DNA of 64,000 nt from the NCBI GenBank assembly GCA_017302575.1, contig JAFLDD010000001.1:1365409-1429408 (forward strand), written 5' to 3'. Source of the DNA: Alphaproteobacteria bacterium (GTDB lineage Bacteria; Pseudomonadota; Alphaproteobacteria; Rickettsiales; UBA3002). The number at the start of each line of letters is the position of its first letter. Position 1 is the first letter of the stretch. A model generated the notes under the pieces. The model was not told where the DNA came from and made no database searches. It saw only the letters and a program-made list of their open reading frames with translations. The position numbers and the translations under genes are program-made. This document shows, in pieces, positions 26,929 to 38,752 of the stretch.

Positions 26929-27754
26929 TACCACCTGCCTGGCGTTTTTCCACCTGACGCAGGCGGTATTGAATCATCAGCGTTGCGGTTTCCTCGACCG
27001 AACGACGGGTGACATCAATTACTGGCCAGCCCTGCTGGCGGAAGGTTTTCTTGGCGTTCTCGATTTCTTCTTTCACGGCCTCTTCGCGCACATAATCGGT
27101 GTTAGTGTCCTGATTCATGGCCATTAGGCGCGAGCGGCGAATATCAATCAAGCGGTCGTCACTAATCGTCAGGCCGACGACGAGTGGTTGCCTCAATTTT
27201 ACAATATTATCTGGTAACGGAACATTTGGCACAAACGGGACGTTCGCTGCCTTAAAGCCGCGATATGCAAGGTATACGCAGGTTGGTGATTTGCTGGTAC
27301 GCGAAACGCCGACAATGACAATGTCGGCCTGCTCCAACTCCCACGTTGCCTGTCCATCATCGTGCTCGAGTGCGAAATTAATCGCGTCGATACGCTGAAA
27401 ATAATCCTCGCTCATTTCATGCTGTACACCTGCTGCGCCCGTGGCCTTCTCATTCAGGTAATTCGAGAATTCACGAATCACATGGCCCAGAATCGGGATA
27501 CAAGGCACTTTGAGTCTGCCGCAAGCTTGGCGCAAATATTCGCGCATTTCTGCATCCACCAAGGTGAACATGACTATGCCTGGGTTGGCCTCAAGCCCCG
27601 CGATGACCTTTTCCAATTGTCCCTTGGTTCGCACCAGCGACCAGCTATGCTCTATCGGCTGAGCGTGCTCAAACTGCGCCATGGCGGCACGTGCAACGCT
27701 GCTCACCGTCTCGCCAGTGGAATCGGAAACCAAATGCAAATGGAAGCTTTTCAC
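26921..27754 (-). CDS. ppsR: PEP synthase/PPDK regulatory kinase-pyrophosphorylase (DUF299)
   Basis: LVSDSTGET, HDDG, GVSRTSKSP, ANVP, RRSVEETA. Confidence 0.93.
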   Translation of the reverse strand: MKSFHLHLVSDSTGETVSSVARAAMAQFEHAQPIEHSWSLVRTKGQLEKVIAGLEANPGIVMFTLVDAEMREYLRQACGRLKVPCIPILGHVIREFSNYLNEKATGAAGVQHEMSEDYFQRIDAINFALEHDDGQATWELEQADIVIVGVSRTSKSPTCVYLAYRGFKAANVPFVPNVPLPDNIVKLRQPLVVGLTISDDRLIDIRRSRLMAMNQDTNTDYVREEAVKEEIENAKKTFRQQGWPVIDVTRRSVEETATLMIQYRLRQVEKRQAGGND

Positions 27755-28120
27755 TTACGCACATCCTCTTGTGTATAGAATACGAGTTATGCACTGATTT
27801 TTAAAAATCGCCAGTTCTACACACATTCGCTATACCCTAACTCAGAAAATTATCCACCTGTGACACAGTTGCGCGGTTGGTCTGTGAATTGGGTGTGTAG
27901 ATGGTTTGTCCCCGATGTCCTGTTGGTGATTTTCCGCTGTGGATTGAATTACTTGTCTGGAATCTGCACATTTTTATGCCTTCAAAAAACAGGGCGTGTA
28001 TATGCGCGTAGAGGTGGGGAGTAGTTTTGAGTTTGCGTGAATCCCCATTATATGCCATCCCCACTACCACCTCTATTCTTATTTAATATAAAGAAAGTAG
28101 TAGTAAGTGACCGAGGATAA
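27755..28120. other. Probable chromosomal replication origin (oriC)
   Basis: Intergenic between divergent DUF299 gene and hemE, the alphaproteobacterial origin position. DnaA-box-like sites at 27770-27778, 27850-27858, 27883-27891, 27938-27946, 28112-28120; AT-rich 28076-28096; TAG trio array 28098-28106. Confidence 0.8.
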
Positions 28121-29138
28121 ACTTCTCATATCGACCCTTCAGGGTAAGCAGTCGGATCAAGTTCCTTTTTGGTTCATGAGGCAAGCAGGTCGATTTTTAC
28201 CAGAATATAAAGCGACGCGAGCGACAGCGAGCGGTTTTTTAGATTTATGTTTCTCTCCAGAAAAGGCAGCGGAGGTAACCTTACAACCGTTGCGTCGTTT
28301 TGGAATGAGCGCAGCTATTTTATTTTCCGATATCCTTGTGATTCCCTATGCGCTTGGTGTTGATGTTAGGTTTGCAGAAGGTGAAGGACCAATCGTTGAA
28401 GTAACAAACACCAAGCAACGTATTGATGCTTTTCAAGTTGATAAAGTGAGAGAGCGTTTAGAGCCTGTTGCTCAAACCGTAAGGTTAGTAAAAAAGGAAT
28501 TGCCAAAGGGCGGTGCCCTCATTGGATTTGCTGGAGCTCCTTGGACAGTAGCGTGCTACATGCTGCAAGGAAAAAGCGGCAAAGAATTTGCCAAGGCACG
28601 TCAGTTCGCACAGGCAGAACCAGTATTGATGCAATCGCTCATCGACAAAATAACGGATGCAACGATTGAATATCTCAAAATGCAGATCGATGCAGGTGCA
28701 GAAGCGATCCAGATTTTTGATAGTTGGTCGGGATTATTATCACCTGCACAATTTGCAGTATGGTGCATTAAGCCAACAACGAAAATCGTCAAAGCATTGC
28801 GAGCTTATAAAAAAGAAATACCGATTATTGGTTTTCCAAAAGGTGCGGGATTGTTTTTGAAAGATTATGCGCAAACGGGCGTTGATTGCTTTGGTATTGA
28901 TATGAACACCCCCATGGAGTGGGCAAAACAAAATGCGCAAGGCCGTGCCTTGCAGGGTAATCTCGATCCGTTATTGCTGTGCTATGATTTGAAGGGTGCA
29001 TTGGACGAAGCAAAGCGTATTTTAGAAACGATGAAAGATTCAGCATTTGTGTTTAATTTGGGTCACGGCATGATTCCTGAAATGCCAATTTCGCATGTGG
29101 AAGCGCTTTCAAATTTACTGAAAGAATACCGCCGATGA
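28107..29138 (+). CDS. hemE: Uroporphyrinogen decarboxylase
   Basis: [36 protein letters not shown]; GTG start. Confidence 0.97.
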   Translation: MTEDKLLISTLQGKQSDQVPFWFMRQAGRFLPEYKATRATASGFLDLCFSPEKAAEVTLQPLRRFGMSAAILFSDILVIPYALGVDVRFAEGEGPIVEVTNTKQRIDAFQVDKVRERLEPVAQTVRLVKKELPKGGALIGFAGAPWTVACYMLQGKSGKEFAKARQFAQAEPVLMQSLIDKITDATIEYLKMQIDAGAEAIQIFDSWSGLLSPAQFAVWCIKPTTKIVKALRAYKKEIPIIGFPKGAGLFLKDYAQTGVDCFGIDMNTPMEWAKQNAQGRALQGNLDPLLLCYDLKGALDEAKRILETMKDSAFVFNLGHGMIPEMPISHVEALSNLLKEYRR

Positions 29139-30121
29139 CACGGAAAGCCGTGATACTTTTTAATCTCGGTGGCCCTGATTCATCTGAAGCAGTGCAGCCC
29201 TTTTTATTTAATTTATTCAATGACCCCGCGATTATCGCTGTGCCAAACCCTATGCGGTATTTTTTGGCAAAATTGATTTCGTCGCGTCGTGCACCAAAGG
29301 CCCAAGGTATTTACGCCGAGCTAGGCGGTAAATCACCGATTTTGGAAAATACCAAAGAGCAAGCAGAAGCGCTACAAGCAGCGCTAGGGTCAAATCATAA
29401 GACATTTATTTGTATGCGTTATTGGCACCCAATGAGCGATGAGGTAGCCAAACAGGTGAAAGCATATAATCCCGATGAGATTATTCTTTTGCCGCTTTAT
29501 CCGCAGTTTTCGACGACAACGACAGGCTCTTCGGTGAAGGATTGGCAGCGCGCGGCATCTGCTGCGCAATTGAATGTGCCCACGCGCATTGTTGGATGTT
29601 ATCCTATTCAGAAAGATTTTATTACCGCGCAGGCAAAATTGATTCGCCAAGCGTATGAAAAAGCATCGGCGCAAGGCACCCCGAGAGTGCTGTTTTCAGC
29701 GCACGGCTTACCAGAAAAGATCATTGCCAAAGGTGATCCTTATCAATGGCAAGTGGAACAAACGACGCTCAAGGTCGTTGAAGAGCTTGATATTTACGGA
29801 CTTGATTTTGTGAATTGCTACCAGTCGCGTGTTGGCCCTTTGAAGTGGATCGGGCCAAGTACGGAAAATGAATTGTTGCGCGCAAAAGACGATAATGTTC
29901 CGATTGTTCTTGTGCCAATAGCGTTTGTGTCAGAGCATTCTGAAACACTGGTGGAGCTCGATATCGAATATTGCCACCTTGTTGGCGACGCCCCCTATTT
30001 CCGCGTGCCGACAGTTTCGATCGAATCTGCCTTTATTGAGGGACTGAAACAGCTTTGTTTGAATGAGCCGCCCGCGCGTATCTGTCCGAAAGAATGGACA
30101 AAGTGCCCCTGTAAAGCGTAG
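29135..30121 (+). CDS. hemH: Ferrochelatase
   Basis: [40 protein letters not shown]. Confidence 0.97.
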   Translation: MTRKAVILFNLGGPDSSEAVQPFLFNLFNDPAIIAVPNPMRYFLAKLISSRRAPKAQGIYAELGGKSPILENTKEQAEALQAALGSNHKTFICMRYWHPMSDEVAKQVKAYNPDEIILLPLYPQFSTTTTGSSVKDWQRAASAAQLNVPTRIVGCYPIQKDFITAQAKLIRQAYEKASAQGTPRVLFSAHGLPEKIIAKGDPYQWQVEQTTLKVVEELDIYGLDFVNCYQSRVGPLKWIGPSTENELLRAKDDNVPIVLVPIAFVSEHSETLVELDIEYCHLVGDAPYFRVPTVSIESAFIEGLKQLCLNEPPARICPKEWTKCPCKA

Positions 30122-30130
30122 GAGTGTTTC

Positions 30131-30568
30131 ATGGATATGTATCTGCTTGCCAAGACACTTCACATCATCAGCGTCATTAGTTGGATGGCGGGCATGTTGT
30201 ATATGCCGCGCCTTTACGTGTATCACGCCGAAACCAAGGTTGGCTCCGACGCCTCCGAGATGCTGAAGGTGATGGAGCGCAAGCTGCTGCGCGCCATTAT
30301 CAACCCCGCCATGATCGCGAGTTGGGGGTTTGGTATCTGGTTGATAGTGATAACGGGGTTTGGCGGACCGGGGACAGGCGGGTGGATTCACGCTAAGATT
30401 TTGCTCGTTTTGGGTCTTTCGGGGATGCATGGCTGGTTTTCAGTCATACGAAAGAAGTTTGCTGCGGACGAACGGCCACACTCTCATAAATTCTATAGAA
30501 TTATCAATGAGTTGGTAACTTTATTGATGGTCGGGATTGTCGTCTTGGTGGTGTTTAAGCCCTTCTAA
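30131..30568 (+). CDS. hemJ: Protoporphyrinogen oxidase HemJ
   Basis: HIISVISWMAGMLYMPRLYVYH, MERKL, INPAM, RIINE. Confidence 0.96.
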   Translation: MDMYLLAKTLHIISVISWMAGMLYMPRLYVYHAETKVGSDASEMLKVMERKLLRAIINPAMIASWGFGIWLIVITGFGGPGTGGWIHAKILLVLGLSGMHGWFSVIRKKFAADERPHSHKFYRIINELVTLLMVGIVVLVVFKPF

Positions 30569-30604
30569 AAATCCAGCAAAATAAGGCGCTTGGATAAAAA
30601 AAGC

Positions 30605-30728
30605 TTGACCCTGTGATTCATTTCTATATAAGTGGTGCATCTTTGATTGCAGATGGCCCAAAATTTTCGCGCCGTTTCTGCCCTCTTCCCAAAAACATCC
30701 GCCTTCACAACCCTCCGAGATTCCAACC
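30605..30728 (+). promoter_or_regulatory. rho promoter and C-rich leader (possible rut site for autoregulation)
   Basis: TTGACC-N16-TATAAG (30605-30632), a CATCT..AGATG hairpin, then a visibly C-rich, G-poor leader up to the ATG. Confidence 0.45.
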
Positions 30729-31988
30729 ATGAGACTACAAGACCTAAAAAGCAAAAAACCTAACGAACTGCTTGAAATGGCAGAACAGTACGGCGTTGAA
30801 AACGTTGGCAACATGCTTAAGCAAGAAATGGTCTTCGCCATTTTGAAACGCATGGCGGAGCAAGGTGAAGAAATTATCGGCGTTGGTGTGATTGAAGTCC
30901 TGCAGGACGGATTTGGCTTCCTGCGCTATCCAGAAGCAAACTACCTCGCGGGTCCAGACGATATTTACGTCGCGCCGCAAATTGTTAAAAAGATTGGTCT
31001 TCGTACGGGCGATACGGTTGAGGGTATTTTGCGCGCCCCTAAAAACGAAGAGCGTTATTTCGCGCTTAATCATGTGAAATCAGTGAATTTTGACGAGCCA
31101 GAGAAGTGCCGTCACCGCGTGAATTTCGACAACCTAACACCGCTTTATCCTGAGCAAAAACTCAAGATGGAGTTTGTTGATCCGACTAAAAAGGAAGATC
31201 TGTCGCGCCGTGTGATTGACCTTGTTGCGCCACAAGGTAAGGGCCAGCGTACGCTGGTGGTTGCGCCGCCGCGCACAGGTAAGACGGTGATGTTACAGAA
31301 CATTGCGCACGCAATTACGGCAAATCACCCTGAATGTTACCTCATTGTGTTGCTCATCGACGAGCGCCCTGAGGAAGTGACCGACATGTCGCGCACTGTG
31401 AAGGGCGAAGTGGTTTCCTCGACCTTCGACGAGCCAGCGACCCGCCACGTGAATCTCGCGGAAATGGTCATTGAAAAAGCTAAACGACTTGTTGAACACA
31501 AGAAAGACGTTGTGATTCTGCTCGACTCGATTACCCGTCTTGCGCGCGCCTACAACACCGTGATCCCATCATCCGGCAAGGTATTGACTGGCGGTGTGGA
31601 TGCCAACGCGCTTCAGCGCCCAAAACGCTTCTTTGGTGCGGCGCGTAACATTGAATTCGGCGGTTCGCTCACCATCATCGGTACGGCGCTGATTGAGACC
31701 GGCTCGCGCATGGATGAAGTGATTTTCGAGGAATTCAAAGGTACGGGTAACTCTGAAATTATTCTGGACCGCAAAATGTCCGACAAACGCGTGTACCCTG
31801 CGATTGATATCGCCAAGTCAGGTACGCGTAAGGAAGAAATGCTCTACGAAAAAGGCGATGTTTCCAAGATCTGGATGCTTCGCAAAATCCTCAACCCCAT
31901 GGGGCCAATGGATGCGATGGAGTTCCTGCTCGATAAGATGAAGGACACCAAGTCGAACGAAGAATTCTTCGCAAGAATGAATAAATAG
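30729..31988 (+). CDS. rho: Transcription termination factor Rho
   Basis: [40 protein letters not shown]. Confidence 0.99.
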   Translation: MRLQDLKSKKPNELLEMAEQYGVENVGNMLKQEMVFAILKRMAEQGEEIIGVGVIEVLQDGFGFLRYPEANYLAGPDDIYVAPQIVKKIGLRTGDTVEGILRAPKNEERYFALNHVKSVNFDEPEKCRHRVNFDNLTPLYPEQKLKMEFVDPTKKEDLSRRVIDLVAPQGKGQRTLVVAPPRTGKTVMLQNIAHAITANHPECYLIVLLIDERPEEVTDMSRTVKGEVVSSTFDEPATRHVNLAEMVIEKAKRLVEHKKDVVILLDSITRLARAYNTVIPSSGKVLTGGVDANALQRPKRFFGAARNIEFGGSLTIIGTALIETGSRMDEVIFEEFKGTGNSEIILDRKMSDKRVYPAIDIAKSGTRKEEMLYEKGDVSKIWMLRKILNPMGPMDAMEFLLDKMKDTKSNEEFFARMNK

Positions 31989-31991
31989 CGA

Positions 31992-32486
31992 TTAGCGAGC
32001 AACAGATTGCTGTTCGGCCGCTTCTTGCGCCCTCAGCGCTTCAAAACCGAGTGATACGCGACGCGATGGAAACATCTCGATAGTTTCACCAGCGCGATGC
32101 TGTAGCTCGATAAAGCTTATATTGCTCCGCTCTCCAAGATAACGGTCGGTTTTCGCGTAATTGCAGGTTGTCATGGGCGTTAAAAATACGCCTTTAACAG
32201 GAATCATTTCGTGTGGTTCTTGTATCATTTTTTCTGGCACTGAATTAATGCCTTCGCAGACTCTTTTTATTATTCTGTCTAATCCATCATCGTCGTCAGG
32301 GCGCAACCATAAAAGCTCTTTTGCGGCATCGCGATTAAACGCAAAAACGCTTATATTGCCAGAGAGAGTAGATTTAGCCTCGTGTGAAAAATCTCTGAGC
32401 GAGCCATCGCTCAGCGCAGCGGCGAGGCGTACGGCCTGACGGTCTAGGCTTAATAATGCAGCTCTCTGTGTTTTTTCATCACCCAT
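31992..32486 (-). CDS. Orphan hypothetical protein (164 aa)
   Basis: Fills the gap between rho and mdh, converging on rho; no recognisable motif. Confidence 0.6.
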   Translation of the reverse strand: MGDEKTQRAALLSLDRQAVRLAAALSDGSLRDFSHEAKSTLSGNISVFAFNRDAAKELLWLRPDDDDGLDRIIKRVCEGINSVPEKMIQEPHEMIPVKGVFLTPMTTCNYAKTDRYLGERSNISFIELQHRAGETIEMFPSRRVSLGFEALRAQEAAEQQSVAR

Positions 32487-32589
32487 GAAGTAATCCTTAG
32501 CTTGGAATTGTTAAGAAAATGTTACGAAGCTGCATCAATTTGGAGAATGCGTCGCAACTTTACCCTTTCTTCATACTTACCCCCTATAA

Positions 32590-33624
<1,035 letters not shown>

Positions 33625-33650
33625 GGCACTTTGTTTAGGAGCGTAGTAAT

Positions 33651-34823
33651 ATGAATATTCATGAGTATCAGGCGAAGTCTGTTTTAGCAAAATTCGGAGT
33701 AGCAGTGCCACGTGGTGGCGTTGCCTATACGCCAGCAGAGGCAGAAGCAGCGGCGCAAAATTTAGGTGGCGCGCTTTGGGTAGTAAAAGCGCAAATTCAT
33801 GCTGGTGGTCGCGGTAATGCGGGCGGCGTGAAGCTTGCGAAGTCGCTTGATGAAGTGAAGCGTTTGACCAAAGAAATGCTCGGCATGATCCTTGTTACCC
33901 ATCAAACGGGTCCTGAGGGTAAGGAAGTAAAGCGTGTCTATATCGAAGAAGGTTCGGACATTGGCGAAGAGCTTTATTTGTCGGCGGTGCTTGATCGTAA
34001 ATATTCAGCGATCACGTTCATTGGTTCCAAAGAAGGTGGCGTGAACATCGAGGATGTGGCACACAATACGCCCGAGAAAATCATCACCGTTCCTGTTGAT
34101 CCAGCCGCAGGTTTCCAGCCGCACCATGCGCGCAAATTGGCGTTTGGTATGCAGGTTCCAACCGAGCTTCATGGCGAATTCGCGAAATTGGTTGAGGGTG
34201 TTTACAATGCCTTCTTGCATACGGATGCATCGCAAGTGGAAATTAACCCGCTCGTGATCACTAAGCAGAAAAAACTCATCGCGCTTGATGCAAAATTCAA
34301 CTTCGATGACAACGCGCTGTTCCGCCAGCCAGAGGTTGCTGAGATGCGCGATGAATCCGAAGAAGATCCGCTTGAATTGCAGGCGGGTAAATTCGGCCTT
34401 TCCTACGTGAAAATGGACGGCAACATTGGTTGCATGGTGAATGGCGCAGGCCTTGCCATGGCGACGATGGACATCATCAAGCTTTATGGCGGCGAGCCTG
34501 CCAACTTCCTCGATGTGGGTGGTGGTGCCAATAAAGAAAAAGTGACCGAAGCATTCAAATTGATTCTCTCGGATCCGAATGTTGAAGGCATCTTGGTCAA
34601 TATTTTCGGCGGCATTATGCGCTGCGATATTATTGCGGAAGGTATTATTTCGGCGGCGCGTGAAGTCAGCCTTAATGTGCCGCTCGTCGTGCGTTTGGAA
34701 GGCACGAATGTGGAGTTGGGCAAGAAAATGCTCGCAACATCTGGCCTGCCGATTATTGCGGCTGACAACCTTGCCGATGCTGCAGAAAAAATCACCGTTT
34801 CCGTTAAGAAAAAAGCGGCATAA
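33651..34823 (+). CDS. sucC: Succinyl-CoA ligase beta subunit
   Basis: [31 protein letters not shown]. Confidence 0.98.
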   Translation: MNIHEYQAKSVLAKFGVAVPRGGVAYTPAEAEAAAQNLGGALWVVKAQIHAGGRGNAGGVKLAKSLDEVKRLTKEMLGMILVTHQTGPEGKEVKRVYIEEGSDIGEELYLSAVLDRKYSAITFIGSKEGGVNIEDVAHNTPEKIITVPVDPAAGFQPHHARKLAFGMQVPTELHGEFAKLVEGVYNAFLHTDASQVEINPLVITKQKKLIALDAKFNFDDNALFRQPEVAEMRDESEEDPLELQAGKFGLSYVKMDGNIGCMVNGAGLAMATMDIIKLYGGEPANFLDVGGGANKEKVTEAFKLILSDPNVEGILVNIFGGIMRCDIIAEGIISAAREVSLNVPLVVRLEGTNVELGKKMLATSGLPIIAADNLADAAEKITVSVKKKAA

Positions 34824-34832
34824 GGAGTTATC

Positions 34833-35708
34833 ATGTCCATTCTCGTTAATAAGAATACTAAAGTAATTTGTCAGGGCTTCACGGGTCGTGAAGGCACCTA
34901 CCACTCTGAGCAAGCAATTGCTTACGGCACGCAAATGGTGGGCGGTGTTACGCCTGGTAAGGGCGGCACGAAGCATCTCGAGCTTCCCGTGTTCAACACA
35001 GTGCACGAAGCAAAGGCTAAAACAGGCGCAAATGCGTCGGTGATTTATGTTCCGCCTCGTTTTGCAGCAGACGCGATTTTGGAAGCAATTGATGCAGAAA
35101 TCGAATTGGCGATTTGTATTACCGAGGGCATTCCCGTGCTCGACATGGTGAAAGTAAAGCGCGCGCTTTCGGGCTCGAAGACGCGTTTGGTGGGTCCAAA
35201 CTGCCCAGGCGTGATTACGCCAGGCGAGTGCAAGATCGGTATTATGCCTGGCCATATTCACAAAAAAGGCCGCATTGGTATTCTTTCGCGCTCAGGCACG
35301 TTGACCTATGAGGCAGTGGGCCAGACGTCGGCGATTGGCCTTGGCCAGTCTAGCTGCGTAGGTATTGGCGGCGACCCCGTTAATGGCACCAACTTCGTTG
35401 ATGTGTTGGAGCTATTCCTCAAGGATGACGAGACGGACGCGATCATCATGATTGGTGAAATTGGCGGTGATGCAGAAGAGCAGGGCGCTGAGTTCCTCAA
35501 GAAGTCGAAAATCAAAAAGCCAATCGTAGGCTTTATTGCTGGTCGTACGGCTCCTCCAGGTCGTCGTATGGGTCACGCGGGCGCGATTGTTTCGGGTGGT
35601 TCAGGCGGCGCAGAGGACAAGATTGAAGCCATGAAATCTGCAGGCATCAAAGTGACTGATAATCCAAGCTTTATGGGTCGCACCATGAAAGAAGTTTTGG
35701 GTAAATAG
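34833..35708 (+). CDS. sucD: Succinyl-CoA ligase alpha subunit
   Basis: [28 protein letters not shown]. Confidence 0.98.
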   Translation: MSILVNKNTKVICQGFTGREGTYHSEQAIAYGTQMVGGVTPGKGGTKHLELPVFNTVHEAKAKTGANASVIYVPPRFAADAILEAIDAEIELAICITEGIPVLDMVKVKRALSGSKTRLVGPNCPGVITPGECKIGIMPGHIHKKGRIGILSRSGTLTYEAVGQTSAIGLGQSSCVGIGGDPVNGTNFVDVLELFLKDDETDAIIMIGEIGGDAEEQGAEFLKKSKIKKPIVGFIAGRTAPPGRRMGHAGAIVSGGSGGAEDKIEAMKSAGIKVTDNPSFMGRTMKEVLGK

Positions 35709-35842
35709 CCCATAATAGTGCACAACCCAAACTGATTGACGCAGTCAACTAGTTTTGGAATTTTCTTGAATTTCCAATGGGTGAGGCCTACAACCCAAGG
35801 GAGCGTATGGCTCATCATACGCACTCGCACTTGGGACCTTTT

Positions 35843-38743
35843 ATGTCACGCGAAACGCTTGAAAATTCCTATCTGTACGGCGCGAACTCTGTTTTTATTG
35901 AAGAGCTTTACAAGCGCTACCTTGCCAACCCTGCATCGGTAGATGCGAGCTGGCAGAAATTCTTTGCCGCGCTTGGCGACCCAAGCCCGCAAAAGCCGTC
36001 ATGGGATAAAACACCCTCCGCGGTGATTGGGCAGGCAGATCCTGATGCTGCTCAAAAAGCAGATAAAACGAAAGGCGCCGGCGCCTCGCCAGCCGATCCG
36101 AAGGCGATTGAAGCGGCGGCGTGGGACGCTATTCGTGCCCAACGCTTGATTCGCGCATACCGCGTGCGCGGCCACTTGGCGGCGGATCTTGATCCGCTTG
36201 GTTTGGAGCCACCTAAGTCGCATCCTGACCTTGACCCCGCGACGTATGGATTTACCTCTGCTGATTATGATCGCCCGATTTATTTGGGCGGCACGCTCGG
36301 ATTCGAGCGCGCAAGCTTGACTGAAATTCTGGGTATTCTACGTGCAACCTATTCGAGCGCGATTGGTTTCGAGTACATGCACATCCAAGATCCTGCGCAG
36401 CGCGAATGGATTCAGTCGCGCATTGAAGCCGCGCAAGGCCGCCCAAACCTCACGAAAGACGAGAAGAAGCGCATTTTGAATACGCTGCTTGAGGTTGAAG
36501 GGTTCGAAGAATTTGTGCAGCTAAAATATACGGGCATGAAGCGCTTCTCCGTGCAGGGTGGCGACGCAATGGTGCCTGGTTTGGAAGCGATTTTGGAAAC
36601 AGCAAGCAATCTTGGTGTAGAAGAAATTGTTATTGGTATGCCGCACCGTGGCCGTATGAACGTACTCACCACCATCATGGGCAAGCGCTATTCGGAGCTG
36701 CTGTCGATTTTTAATGGCAACTTGGATTTCCCTGAGTCGGTCAATTCATCGGGTGATGTGAAATATCACCTTGGCGCATCGCATGATCGCGTCATGTCGA
36801 ATGGTAAGAATTTGCACTTGTCGCTTAACGCCAACCCTTCGCACTTAGAGGCAGTGAACCCTGTTGTAGTGGGTAGAGTGCGTGCAAAACAGGACCAGAA
36901 AAAAGACGGTGTGCGCAGTAAAGTAATGGGCTTAACCCTGCATGGCGATGCCGCATTCGCGGGCCAAGGTTCGGTGCCAGAGACGCTCGCGCTTTCGGAT
37001 TTACGCGGCTATCGCACGGGTGGCACGGTGCACGTTATCGTGAACAACCAAATTGGTTTTACCACCGCACCACGTTATTCGCGGTTTACGCCCTATCCAA
37101 CGGATTGTGCGAAGTCGGTTCAATCGCCTATTTTCCATGTGAATGGTGAAGATCCAGAAGCCGTGATATTTGCATGTAAGCTGGCGACAGAATTCCGCCA
37201 ACAGTTCCAGCGCGATACGGTGGTCGATATTATTTGTTACCGTAAATACGGCCATAACGAGGGTGACGAGCCGATGTTCACCCAGCCTATCATGTACAAA
37301 ACCATTGCTCAAAAACAGTTACCTGCACGTATTTATGCGCAGAAATTGATCGCCGAAGGCACGCTGTCTGAAGATGAGGTGGCAGCAGAAATTGAGAAAC
37401 TCAATGTGCATTTCAATAAGGAATATGAAGCAGGCAAGGACTTCAAACCCAACAAGGCAAACTGGCTTGAGGGTAAGTGGAGCGGCTTTGCGCAGCCAGA
37501 AATTGGTCTTGGCAAAGAGCCAGATACAGGCGTGGACCTCAAGAAGCTGAAAGAAATTGGCGCCGCGTTGACGCAATTCCCGCAGGGTTTCAACATTAAC
37601 CGAAAAGTAGAGCGTCAGCTAAAAGCTAAGCAAGAGATGATGGAAACGGGTGAAGGCCTTGATTGGGCAATGGGCGAGGCATTGGCCTTTGGTTCGTTGC
37701 TTAAGGAAGGAAAGCCGATTCGTTTGACGGGTCAGGATTCGGGTCGCGGCACGTTCTCGCATCGCCATTCCGTATTCATCGATCAAGAAACAGAAGCGCG
37801 CTTTGAGCCGCTCAATCATTTAGGCGGTGAACAGGCGCACTACGAAGTGCATGATTCAAACCTCAGTGAGTTTGCCGTACTCGCGTTCGAGTATGGCTAT
37901 TCGCTCGCCGAGCCAGAAGCGTTGGTGTTGTGGGAAGCGCAGTTCGGTGATTTCGCCAATGGCGCGCAGGTGATCATCGACCAGTTTATCGCAAGCGGTG
38001 AGATCAAGTGGCTGCGTATGTCGGGTCTCGTGATGTTACTGCCGCATGGTCATGAAGGTCAGGGTCCAGAGCATAGCTCGGCACGCCCTGAGCGTTTCTT
38101 GCAGCTTTGTGGTGAAGACAACATGCAGGTCTGCAATATCACGACGCCTGCGAACTTCTTCCATGCGTTGCGCCGCCAGATTGTAGGCCGTAAATTCCGC
38201 AAACCTTTGATTGTAATGACGCCAAAATCACTATTGCGTCACAAGCTTGCTACCAGCTCGCTCAAGGATTTTGCACCAGGCTCTAGCTTCAAGCGCGTAA
38301 TCGGCGAGATCGACAAGATTGCAGCAGATGACAAAGTAAAACGCCTGATTTTCACGAGCGGTAAGTTCTATTACGAATTGCTGGAACAGCGTCGTGAGCG
38401 CAAGGCAGACGACGTCGCGATTGTGCGTGTCGAGCAGTATTATCCTTTCCCGCGCAACGAGATTGAAGAAGCGTTGGTAAAATATAAAAACGCTGAAATA
38501 TTCTGGGCACAAGAAGAGCCGGAGAATATGGGTGCGTGGCGCTTTATTGGCCCACGTATCGGCGACGTGTTGGATGCATTGGGTCGTAGTAATCAGCGTA
38601 TTCGTTATGTGGGCCGCAAAGAAGCCGCGTCTCCTGCAGAAGGGTACATGAAGCTGCACCAGCGCGCACAAGCTGAGATTGTCGAAAAAGCCTTCGCACC
38701 AACGGAAGATGCGAACGCACAAAAACAACGTAAGAAAGCATAG
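35843..38743 (+). CDS. sucA: 2-oxoglutarate dehydrogenase E1
   Basis: GMPHRGR, NPSHLE, HGDAAFAGQG, GHNEGD, WEAQFGDF. Start refined to 35843 (GGGA RBS; possible internal promoter TTGAAT-N17-TACAAC at 35766-35794). Confidence 0.98.
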   Translation: MSRETLENSYLYGANSVFIEELYKRYLANPASVDASWQKFFAALGDPSPQKPSWDKTPSAVIGQADPDAAQKADKTKGAGASPADPKAIEAAAWDAIRAQRLIRAYRVRGHLAADLDPLGLEPPKSHPDLDPATYGFTSADYDRPIYLGGTLGFERASLTEILGILRATYSSAIGFEYMHIQDPAQREWIQSRIEAAQGRPNLTKDEKKRILNTLLEVEGFEEFVQLKYTGMKRFSVQGGDAMVPGLEAILETASNLGVEEIVIGMPHRGRMNVLTTIMGKRYSELLSIFNGNLDFPESVNSSGDVKYHLGASHDRVMSNGKNLHLSLNANPSHLEAVNPVVVGRVRAKQDQKKDGVRSKVMGLTLHGDAAFAGQGSVPETLALSDLRGYRTGGTVHVIVNNQIGFTTAPRYSRFTPYPTDCAKSVQSPIFHVNGEDPEAVIFACKLATEFRQQFQRDTVVDIICYRKYGHNEGDEPMFTQPIMYKTIAQKQLPARIYAQKLIAEGTLSEDEVAAEIEKLNVHFNKEYEAGKDFKPNKANWLEGKWSGFAQPEIGLGKEPDTGVDLKKLKEIGAALTQFPQGFNINRKVERQLKAKQEMMETGEGLDWAMGEALAFGSLLKEGKPIRLTGQDSGRGTFSHRHSVFIDQETEARFEPLNHLGGEQAHYEVHDSNLSEFAVLAFEYGYSLAEPEALVLWEAQFGDFANGAQVIIDQFIASGEIKWLRMSGLVMLLPHGHEGQGPEHSSARPERFLQLCGEDNMQVCNITTPANFFHALRRQIVGRKFRKPLIVMTPKSLLRHKLATSSLKDFAPGSSFKRVIGEIDKIAADDKVKRLIFTSGKFYYELLEQRRERKADDVAIVRVEQYYPFPRNEIEEALVKYKNAEIFWAQEEPENMGAWRFIGPRIGDVLDALGRSNQRIRYVGRKEAASPAEGYMKLHQRAQAEIVEKAFAPTEDANAQKQRKKA

Positions 38744-38752
38744 GAGATTTTC

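Noticed and set aside
34005-35261. Long antisense ORFs (418 aa here; also 38605-39504, 58329-59036, 50568-51344, 4901-5662)
   Set aside because: They shadow strongly biased, highly conserved genes on the other strand and show no motifs or RBSs.
35736-35748. FNR/FixK-like TTGAC-GCA-GTCAA upstream of sucA
   Set aside because: Spacer is 3 nt rather than 4 and half-sites differ from TTGAT/ATCAA.
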